IMG/VR virus record: IMGVR_UViG_3300016654_000037
Span: 1 to 49,177 of that record
DNA length: 49,177 bases
Strand: one strand, 5' to 3'
Source of the DNA: a virus
Lineage: Duplodnaviria > Caudoviricetes
The position numbers and the translations under genes were made by a program. Under the pieces are notes generated by a model that was given only the letters and a program-made list of their open reading frames with translations, was not told the DNA's origin and searched no databases. This document shows, in pieces, positions 16,488-24,042 of this stretch. Position 1 is the stretch's first letter. The number at the start of each line of letters is the position of its first letter.

Positions 16488-18631
16488 GCGCCTTGTCCTG
16501 TAGCCCTACCATCCGGCCTAATGTCAATCCTTGGTGCGCCAAGCTGCCATGCACTACCAAGATCTGTTGACTCGACTTTCAAGATCATCTGACGCCCACG
16601 AACGCGTGTATAGATCTGTCCCGTGAATTGTTCAATGACCGCCGTGGAGGATCTTGTCACTGACGCCGAGCTAGATCCGCCTTGTGACTGAGGCGAGTTA
16701 TACCCAGATCCCGAGTTCATCATGGGGATCAACGTCATCGTTACACTAGGATTCGCGTTTGTAGAACTCGTACCGCTAAACGTAATATCCGGAAGGATGC
16801 GCCACACGAACCCAATGTTGTGGCCGTCTTGGATGTCAAACTCAGCAGATTCAATATAAGCATTGATGGCTACAGGTATACCGCTTGTATTGTCATCATT
16901 GCCAAACTCATGGTTAACAAGGTTGTTGCTATAAGTCGCAGCCTGCGGATAATCCCTTAGACCAGCATCAAACCATGCCGTTCGTGCCATCGTGCCGTAG
17001 TACCAGATTCGCTCCATGTAGTTGTATATAACGTACCGATCAATCGTTGATGATCCTGCCGATGCGTAGAACCACCAGACTTCGTTGAAACCCTCAATGG
17101 TTCCTGAGAAGTAAGCAAGGTACTGTGTTTGATTAATATCTTGGAATACATATTTACGCAGGTCACAGTTAAGCGTTTGCACCCGACCGTCATACATGTA
17201 AAACTTATCAACGCCCATCCAGTAGACAATACCTGATGCTACCGATGCAGCGTTAGGACCAACAATTGAAATGTTGTCGCCAAGGAGTTGCGCTCCCCAT
17301 ACTAATGGCGCCCCAAGATACTGAAGGGAATAAACCGATGTATCTGTCCAGACAAGAATTTCCTGGCGCGTCTGTATGGCGGCAACAATCTGTGAGCCAT
17401 GGGACAAACGCAATGACCCGGCTTGATTAGCAGCAGTTGGTAGCCAATCGGTTACTGATTCCTGATCTGCCCAGCGTATGAGCATAGGATCTTGCACATC
17501 TGAACCTACGTCATTGGATCCAAAACAGAATACAAATCGGTACACATCAGACACAAACACAAGGTTTTGTACAACCGGTGGGTCAGTAGCTTCAGGAAGT
17601 GTTTCAATACTAACGCCACGCGTACCTAATCCATTGGTTGCATCCCAGTAGTACACACCTCCACCACGTGGCGCAAATACCAAATCCTCACCAAAGTTCA
17701 TGGCCGACCACAGGCGAAGCGCATCAGGCACAAACGTACCTACACCGCCCCACTTACCTGCTCCCCATGCTCCAGCGCCAAAACCAACCTGGGCGACCTG
17801 ATCTTCTGGACCAATGGTGATTTGATATGTCGCCCTAACAGCAGATCCACCACCCGACGTGGTGGATGACGCATTAGTACTAGCAACAACCGTGTAGCTA
17901 TTGTTATCAATAACGGTGATTGAAAACTCACCGTTCATATCCACGTTTGCAAACGTAGACGCACCAGAAAACGTGACGTAATCGCCAGTCTGACCGCCAT
18001 GCCCAGATGCCGTTACTGTAACGACATTGCTTGCATTAGTCGTGGCGAATGGATTAGACCCTAATAATCTTCCATTAATAAAATACTCAGCCGTAACCGT
18101 ACCGCCGCCCGTGGCAGACGAAGACGCTGATGACGTTACCGTAATGACATACGTATTGGCATCTGTGATGGATGTAATTGAATGACGGGTATTAATTTCA
18201 GCCGCAGGAATACCACCTACCGCCGATGAACCTGTGAAATATACCAACGAACCAACCTGAGCGCCATGGTCTGTATCACTTACAGAAATGGTGTTTTGGC
18301 CGTTTGTGGTTGTAAATGGGTTGGTTAATGTCGCTGTATAGCTATAGCGACGAATCGGTGTAATGTCGTTATATACACCACCACTTTCAATATAGTACTT
18401 GGCGCTGGTACCACAGCCCATCAAGTTGTTGGCTGTTAACGTGACCCAATTCCATAGTGAACGGCATGTACCAAGGAATGTATTGGATGAGATCCTAGCC
18501 CAGCCGCCAATCTTCTCAGGCGTACCTTGGCGGAATCTAACCTTGTCGGAAACATACCAACCGCCCTCAGAGGTGTAGCGTGTGTTCTCACGATTACATC
18601 CGGGCTTGTATAAGACTTTGGTAAGAGGCAT
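16484..18631 (-). CDS. Tail nozzle / tail tubular protein B-like beta-propeller protein
   Basis: 715 aa. VRFRQGTPEKIGGW, DPMLIRWADQE and RVRGRQ motifs. Two inserted repeats (TNPFTTTNG / SNPFATTNA). Confidence 0.75.
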   Translation of the reverse strand: MPLTKVLYKPGCNRENTRYTSEGGWYVSDKVRFRQGTPEKIGGWARISSNTFLGTCRSLWNWVTLTANNLMGCGTSAKYYIESGGVYNDITPIRRYSYTATLTNPFTTTNGQNTISVSDTDHGAQVGSLVYFTGSSAVGGIPAAEINTRHSITSITDANTYVITVTSSASSSATGGGTVTAEYFINGRLLGSNPFATTNASNVVTVTASGHGGQTGDYVTFSGASTFANVDMNGEFSITVIDNNSYTVVASTNASSTTSGGGSAVRATYQITIGPEDQVAQVGFGAGAWGAGKWGGVGTFVPDALRLWSAMNFGEDLVFAPRGGGVYYWDATNGLGTRGVSIETLPEATDPPVVQNLVFVSDVYRFVFCFGSNDVGSDVQDPMLIRWADQESVTDWLPTAANQAGSLRLSHGSQIVAAIQTRQEILVWTDTSVYSLQYLGAPLVWGAQLLGDNISIVGPNAASVASGIVYWMGVDKFYMYDGRVQTLNCDLRKYVFQDINQTQYLAYFSGTIEGFNEVWWFYASAGSSTIDRYVIYNYMERIWYYGTMARTAWFDAGLRDYPQAATYSNNLVNHEFGNDDNTSGIPVAINAYIESAEFDIQDGHNIGFVWRILPDITFSGTSSTNANPSVTMTLIPMMNSGSGYNSPQSQGGSSSASVTRSSTAVIEQFTGQIYTRVRGRQMILKVESTDLGSAWQLGAPRIDIRPDGRATGQGA

Positions 18632-18634
18632 GAT

Positions 18635-19105
18635 TTACCTCATCAACGCAGCTTCAGCCGCACGGCGGCGGGTAAGTCCGGGGAGAACTCTTCCAGCAGC
18701 TTTGTTCCACAATAGACATTGATCAGCTGCACCATCCCAATCCCCCGCATCAACACGTCGTTTAAACGTAGAAACCCTGTAGTTTCCTAAGCCGCAATTG
18801 TAGACCCAGCTAGTCACTGCGGCAATTCTTCTGGGAGATGCCTTTGGAAACGCCGGACTAAGTTTGCAAACACCTGCATAAAAGTATTCAATGTGATGAT
18901 CTAGGGCATCCTCACACTGAGCCATCGTCCAAATAGTTCCCGGTTGGATGTCAGGGCCGGTGGCTCCCCAGCCAATCGTCCAAGGATGTCCTTTGGTTCC
19001 GGGGTCCGGATAGGAAGTTACCTTCCCATCAGGCAGACGTTTAGCCAGCCCTTCAAAGGGCTTGATGAGTACATCTCTAGCTAGCTTCTTTGCCTCTTCA
19101 TTCAC
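18635..19105 (-). CDS. Endolysin, GH24 (lambda/P21-type muramidase-like lysozyme)
   Basis: FEG...YPDP...WTIGWGAT, YNCGLG, WNKAAGRVLPGLTRRRAAE. Confidence 0.92.
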   Translation of the reverse strand: MNEEAKKLARDVLIKPFEGLAKRLPDGKVTSYPDPGTKGHPWTIGWGATGPDIQPGTIWTMAQCEDALDHHIEYFYAGVCKLSPAFPKASPRRIAAVTSWVYNCGLGNYRVSTFKRRVDAGDWDGAADQCLLWNKAAGRVLPGLTRRRAAEAALMR

Positions 19106-19767
19106 GCTTCAAACCTGTTTCTTTTTGAGCAATTTATTGATGCTGGTATGACTTGTAAGTTATTAGGCACGTGTAGGCCACAAACAATCTTCCCTTGCAG
19201 CGGGACTATATGGTCTACGTGCCACTTAAAACCAAACATTTGCGTTCTAAGCTTGGCTAACTCATAAGCCTGCTCTAACATCCAGTGATCGTCTTCTGTA
19301 AGCCATGACGGAGTTGCTTTAAGTTTGTTTGCGTACCGTCTCATAACTATTGCATTTACACGGGCCGCATTGTCTTTTTTCCATTCGTTTACGCGCTGCT
19401 TTATTTGCTCTTTATTATTTTGATAATTAACGGCCATGTTTTCCCTGTGCCGCTCTTTATTTTCACAATAATATTGTTGTTTTTTTAGCTTCAATTGCTC
19501 TGCATGTTTTTCTCTATACTTTTTGTCCGCGTTGGCTTTTATTTTTTTAAATTCAGGGTTTTCTTTTCTTGTTTGTTTATATTGCAACAACTTCTCTGGG
19601 TTTTCTTTGTACCATATTTGTTGCTTCACAAGATATTTATGTTGATTTAATCTCCGATATTCATTTTTACACTGTTTACATTGGACGCAATAACCGTCTT
19701 TGCTGCGAATTGTTTTTGGGAATAAATCCAAAGTTTTTTCCGCCCCGCATTTACTACACTTTTTCAT
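19102..19767 (-). CDS. Freestanding HNH endonuclease
   Basis: N-terminal CxxC...CxxC, C-terminal HVDHIVPLQGKIVCGLHVPNNLQVIPASINCSKRN. AT-rich. Confidence 0.88.
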   Translation of the reverse strand: MKKCSKCGAEKTLDLFPKTIRSKDGYCVQCKQCKNEYRRLNQHKYLVKQQIWYKENPEKLLQYKQTRKENPEFKKIKANADKKYREKHAEQLKLKKQQYYCENKERHRENMAVNYQNNKEQIKQRVNEWKKDNAARVNAIVMRRYANKLKATPSWLTEDDHWMLEQAYELAKLRTQMFGFKWHVDHIVPLQGKIVCGLHVPNNLQVIPASINCSKRNRFEA

Positions 19768-20249
19768 TGTGTTCTATATTTTTCCAAGGGGCGACCAACG
19801 AAGTAGAAACTCACCACCATCATAAACACACTAAAGTCATCCTCATCCCAGACTTGAGTTACGACTTCTGTCCAGTTTGCGCCAGTTTGAAACGCCAGTA
19901 CAAGCGCAGCCGCCTTGACCGTCGCGTACATGAAAAATAAACACCAAGTGATGCCGGGACGTACAAGAGCAGATATTCCAGCCACAAACCAGCCAGCAGC
20001 TTTTGCCGTTTCAGCTTGCTCCTTAAAGGCCTCTTTGATGGAATCCAATTGTTGGATAGAGTAATCCACATATTTTTCCTCCACTCGGAATTCGCCACGC
20101 ATTTTCTCCAGATCCGTCTGGAGTTGGAACATATTCAACTCATGGGCGCGTTCATTCTTTTTATCCAGAAACTTAAGGATCTCAGGGGCGAGCCTGAATA
20201 GACCACCAAATATGGAACCTAGTAAGCCGCCTGAAAGAAGATCAAACAT
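19764..20249 (-). CDS. Putative holin (3TM-holin-like)
   Basis: Hydrophobic segments, SALVRPGIT and FYFVGR motifs, next to the endolysin. Confidence 0.65.
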   Translation of the reverse strand: MFDLLSGGLLGSIFGGLFRLAPEILKFLDKKNERAHELNMFQLQTDLEKMRGEFRVEEKYVDYSIQQLDSIKEAFKEQAETAKAAGWFVAGISALVRPGITWCLFFMYATVKAAALVLAFQTGANWTEVVTQVWDEDDFSVFMMVVSFYFVGRPLEKYRTQ

Positions 20250-20962
20250 TAAAATGGCCCTGATGTTGAAACAGTGACGCCTGAATTAGTAAGCGTCCAT
20301 GGCCCTCCGCCATTAGCAACGCTGTTGTCCTTAATGGTCGATGACTGACATGTCAGCATCTTGGTTGTTGCATCTACCGTCAATGGCTGTGTTGGAACGG
20401 TTGCTGATGTAAATCCAGAGCCTATGTTAAATCTAAGGTTGCTAATATTCCCATTCATCCGCCTATTAGTATCTACTACGCCATTGCCAACGGTAGGAGG
20501 ATCGCTTGATGTAACAAGTGTCCCAGAAAATACTGTATATCGGCCTAAAGACGAATTAACAAAAATGTATATATAGCCGCTTACTCTACTTACTGCTATG
20601 TAAGTCCATGTATTTAAACTTACAGCAATAGTTGAAGAATACAATTGACCGCCTGTTGATAAAGCTCTTGCAATCGTTGGTTGACGAGAACTATTGATAA
20701 AAAAAGATAGTTTGTTGCGGTAAGTAAGTGCCGCTGAATTTGAATAACCAAAATCCAATATCCTGGAGTCACTTGTAGGCGTTGCGGTAAGGTAAATAAA
20801 ACACTCAATGGAAAAATCCAAAGAACCTATGGCAAATGCACTATTAGTCGGGTATGAAAGAGAAGAAGACCCATTAAAGTAATACGAATAGTTCTGAGCC
20901 GGAACAAATGCGCCTGGCCCTCCAAGCGTCTTTGCCGCACCAAATGCTGAGAGAATCGGCAT
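20249..20962 (-). CDS. LamG / concanavalin A-like lectin domain tail protein
   Basis: DFSIECFIY...LNTWTYIAVSR...FVN...NGNISNLR pattern. Confidence 0.8.
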   Translation of the reverse strand: MPILSAFGAAKTLGGPGAFVPAQNYSYYFNGSSSLSYPTNSAFAIGSLDFSIECFIYLTATPTSDSRILDFGYSNSAALTYRNKLSFFINSSRQPTIARALSTGGQLYSSTIAVSLNTWTYIAVSRVSGYIYIFVNSSLGRYTVFSGTLVTSSDPPTVGNGVVDTNRRMNGNISNLRFNIGSGFTSATVPTQPLTVDATTKMLTCQSSTIKDNSVANGGGPWTLTNSGVTVSTSGPF

Positions 20963-21528
20963 TATGCGTACCTTGTCTGGCTAGCAAAAACTGTAAACGA
21001 ACCGCTACCTGTCTTGATAAGCGTATAGCTGTAAACGTCTACGCTATTGGCGTTTCCAGCACTAGGCGCAGAACCTCCTGACCACTTAGGCGTAACGCTA
21101 CTACCGTCTACGGTAACCGCTGAGTTGTAGTAAGCCGTACCACCTTGCGTGACTAGGTGAGTTACCGTCACGCTCTGGCCTGTAGCCATGATGCTATTGA
21201 GCGTTGTTGAACTAGACCCACGAATGTTCAGCGTCCAGTTGGCAGAGGCATTGCTTGTGTAGTACAGAATGGACTGCGTAGATACGTCAAAGTTAACCGT
21301 ACCTGTGGCCGCTGTTGCTGCAATCGTTACCGTCTCTGCTGCGGCAGACAGCTTTAACTGCATTGTCGTCCCGCTAACGCCAAGCGATAGCTGATTAGCA
21401 AACGATACGTTTTGGCTAGCGTCTATCGTAAGACCGTTAGTGCCGTTGGTCTGTAGCGTGAGAATGTTGGTGTTGTCAGCCGTAGAGACTATGCCTATGC
21501 CTGACGTGGCGTTGATGGTGTTAGCCAT
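20962..21528 (-). CDS. Tail fibre-associated structural protein
   Basis: Ser/Thr-rich beta protein ending PKWSGGSAPS...DVYSYT. Confidence 0.7.
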   Translation of the reverse strand: MANTINATSGIGIVSTADNTNILTLQTNGTNGLTIDASQNVSFANQLSLGVSGTTMQLKLSAAAETVTIAATAATGTVNFDVSTQSILYYTSNASANWTLNIRGSSSTTLNSIMATGQSVTVTHLVTQGGTAYYNSAVTVDGSSVTPKWSGGSAPSAGNANSVDVYSYTLIKTGSGSFTVFASQTRYA

Positions 21529-21895
21529 TTTGTGCTACCCAAGAAGTGGTTGCTTCATCCCATGCGTACATCTGACCGTCAGTTGGCATTGCTACAGGAG
21601 ACTCCCAAAGGCATGAACCCGCATTCAATAACCAACTTTCATATGGTTTAGGAGGAATGAAAGCATCGCGTTGTGAATCGTAGGTGTAACCAATACCTGC
21701 ATAGTTCTTACGAAACGGTGTTCCACCATTGTTGTGAATGCCGCCAGTAGTGTTGTAACTAGTACGCTTGCAAACTTGACCGCGAAATTCGCCGTACCAT
21801 TGCTCCCAATCAACACCATCCTCACCTTCGTTTTTTCCGACTATAACTTCAGTGACAATATTGTTTTCATCCAAGAAGGCGTAATGCGCCATCAT
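21521..21895 (-). CDS. Conserved tail-fibre-associated protein
   Basis: MAHYAFLDENNIV...TSYN...RKNYAGIGYTYD...DAFIPPKPY..W motif. Confidence 0.8.
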   Translation of the reverse strand: MMAHYAFLDENNIVTEVIVGKNEGEDGVDWEQWYGEFRGQVCKRTSYNTTGGIHNNGGTPFRKNYAGIGYTYDSQRDAFIPPKPYESWLLNAGSCLWESPVAMPTDGQMYAWDEATTSWVAQNG

Positions 21896-22497
21896 GCCTC
21901 CAATTTAAGTCCAGTTAAATCCATTTCTTCCCCGACAACACCGACGGGAAAGGTGTTAAAGGATAGTGAGATTCTTGTGCCGTCACCTTTGATTTCAGGA
22001 ACCATGTGCGTCAGTGACGATGGGAACAAAATTAGCTTGCCAGCAGTGGCTTCAAACCACCAAGATTCTGAGTTGTACGGGTTCCATTGTTCAGGCGGAA
22101 ACTTGATCTGCTGCCAGCCATCACGGTAGAAATAAATCTTGTCATCAGCGTTAGTCTGCACATAAAACACACCTGAGATGTAGCTGTTTGGGTGTGCGTG
22201 TTTGTGATGGTATTGCCCAGGCTCTGAGTAATTACACCAGCTTTGGGTCACTCGTAGGCTTACGTTGTGCTTTGGATTAACTGTGTTTTTGAAGTAATCC
22301 GATACTGCATCTTCAATGAACGAACGGAGGCTTGTCAGCGCAGGGTTACGAAGTACGAAGTTATCTGTACTTGTGGTGTTACCCATGTTTGGCCGAGTCT
22401 CAAGCATACGGATGAAGAACAACTCCTCATCGCTTAGAGGTCTACCAAGCTCTGCAAAACCTACAGGGATGGGAAATAGGTTATGCAGGCTTACCAT
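21892..22497 (-). CDS. 2OG-Fe(II) oxygenase, TIGR02466-like
   Basis: HHKHAHPNSYISGVFY...LILFPSSLTHMV...RISLSFN. Confidence 0.88.
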   Translation of the reverse strand: MVSLHNLFPIPVGFAELGRPLSDEELFFIRMLETRPNMGNTTSTDNFVLRNPALTSLRSFIEDAVSDYFKNTVNPKHNVSLRVTQSWCNYSEPGQYHHKHAHPNSYISGVFYVQTNADDKIYFYRDGWQQIKFPPEQWNPYNSESWWFEATAGKLILFPSSLTHMVPEIKGDGTRISLSFNTFPVGVVGEEMDLTGLKLEA

Positions 22498-23369
22498 GAA
22501 ATATTCCCAGTACCTGCTGTAAACCTATAAATTGTATTGCCGCCAGATGTGGTTTTGGTATAAGTCAAACCACCACCGATAGACGAAAGGTCAGCGTATG
22601 TGCTTGCATAAGAAATAATTACAACACCGGAGCCGCCTGCGCCGCCAGCCCCAGAACCGCCGCCACCACCACCACCGCCACCGGTATTTGCCGTTGCAGA
22701 TGGTGCATTGTTTCCTGGCGATGTATTAGAAATCCCTCCGTTTGCCCCACCACCTGCCCCACCTGTTCCAACAGTTGTATACCCATACCCACCGCCACCA
22801 CCAGCATAAGTTACAGAAGAGCCAGAAATAGAAGAAGACGTACCAGCACCACCGTTCCCGCCGGTTCCAACCGACAAGGGTGAAAAATTTGGGCTTGAAG
22901 CTGTGCCATTTCCGCCAGTTGCAGACGCACCGCCTCCGCCACCACCTGATAATGTGCCACCAGCGGCAGTACCACCGTTACTACCTTGAGAAGGACTCAC
23001 TGATGGAGTATTTCCTGCGCCGCCAGTAGCACTTGGGCTACCACCTCCTCCACCAGACCCGCCGGAACCACCTGGATTAGCGTTGTAAGCGCCTCCGTAA
23101 CCACCACCAGCAGATGTGATTGATGAAAAAACAGAGTTTGATCCTGATGCGTTTGCTGCTCCACCGCTTCCAACAGTAATTGTGTAGTCGGTCCCTGCGG
23201 TAACAGACAACCCAGTTCCTGTTCTGTAACCACCTGCTCCACCGCCACCTCCAACGTTTGTACCGCCGCCACCACCACCTGCAACAACTAAATACGCAAC
23301 AGATGGCGGCGCAGACGCACCAACACCAGAGAACGCCGCTGCTATTGCCGCTGTAAGTGCGCCAGCCAT
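22491..23369 (-). CDS. Glycine-rich tail fibre / receptor-binding protein
   Basis: YLVVAGGGGGG...GGGGAGGY...GGSGVVII. Likely start MAGALTAA at 23369, coupled to the upstream stop. Confidence 0.8.
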   Translation of the reverse strand: MAGALTAAIAAAFSGVGASAPPSVAYLVVAGGGGGGTNVGGGGGAGGYRTGTGLSVTAGTDYTITVGSGGAANASGSNSVFSSITSAGGGYGGAYNANPGGSGGSGGGGGSPSATGGAGNTPSVSPSQGSNGGTAAGGTLSGGGGGGASATGGNGTASSPNFSPLSVGTGGNGGAGTSSSISGSSVTYAGGGGGYGYTTVGTGGAGGGANGGISNTSPGNNAPSATANTGGGGGGGGGSGAGGAGGSGVVIISYASTYADLSSIGGGLTYTKTTSGGNTIYRFTAGTGNISW

Positions 23370-24037
23370 TAGGTTACCCCCGCTCCAGAAACGTACCAAG
23401 TATCGGTTGCAACCTTCAACATCGTCGCCATACCTTTTGTCGCCACCGTCCTGTTACCTGTTGCGCCATTTGCTAGCTGAAACGTTACGCCAGCACCGGA
23501 AATCGTTAGGTTTCCAGAGTTGTTATTGACTACAAGAATCACTGTCCCTACGTCAATAGCAGTTGTCGAGTTAGTGTTTACTGTAAGCGTTGCAGTCGAC
23601 CCGCCCGTGAAGTAAATGTGCTTGCCTGCATCGCTTGCCGCTACGGTCGTGTTTGTGCTTTGCGGCGCACCAATGTAGCCAACCTTATTTGTACCATCTA
23701 CCGTACAACTAGAAAGCGTCCCAGAAGATGGTGTACCTAAAGCACCATTAAGCGGCACTGCACCAATGGTGTTGTAGCTAATGGTTCTGGCAGCAGACCC
23801 GTTAAACGTCGTTCCTGACGCATCACCAGAACCGCCGTTGTTCATGGTCAACGCATTGCTTGTCGTACCACCTACTGTGGCAAAACTAAGCGTTCCAGAA
23901 CCATCAGTAACTAATCCTTGCCCGTTCGTTCCATCTGTACCAGGAAGCGTGAACGTCGTATTAGAAGAGGTGTTGGCAGACTGAAACGTCGTCGTTCCCG
24001 TCCCGCTGGCGTTGCCTTGAAGTTTGATCTTACTCAT
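23369..24037 (-). CDS. Tail fibre protein
   Basis: FTLPGTDGTNGQGLVTDGSGTLSF repeat. Shares LGTPSSGTL with the 877-aa fibre. Confidence 0.75.
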   Translation of the reverse strand: MSKIKLQGNASGTGTTTFQSANTSSNTTFTLPGTDGTNGQGLVTDGSGTLSFATVGGTTSNALTMNNGGSGDASGTTFNGSAARTISYNTIGAVPLNGALGTPSSGTLSSCTVDGTNKVGYIGAPQSTNTTVAASDAGKHIYFTGGSTATLTVNTNSTTAIDVGTVILVVNNNSGNLTISGAGVTFQLANGATGNRTVATKGMATMLKVATDTWYVSGAGVT

Positions 24038-24042
24038 ATTCC

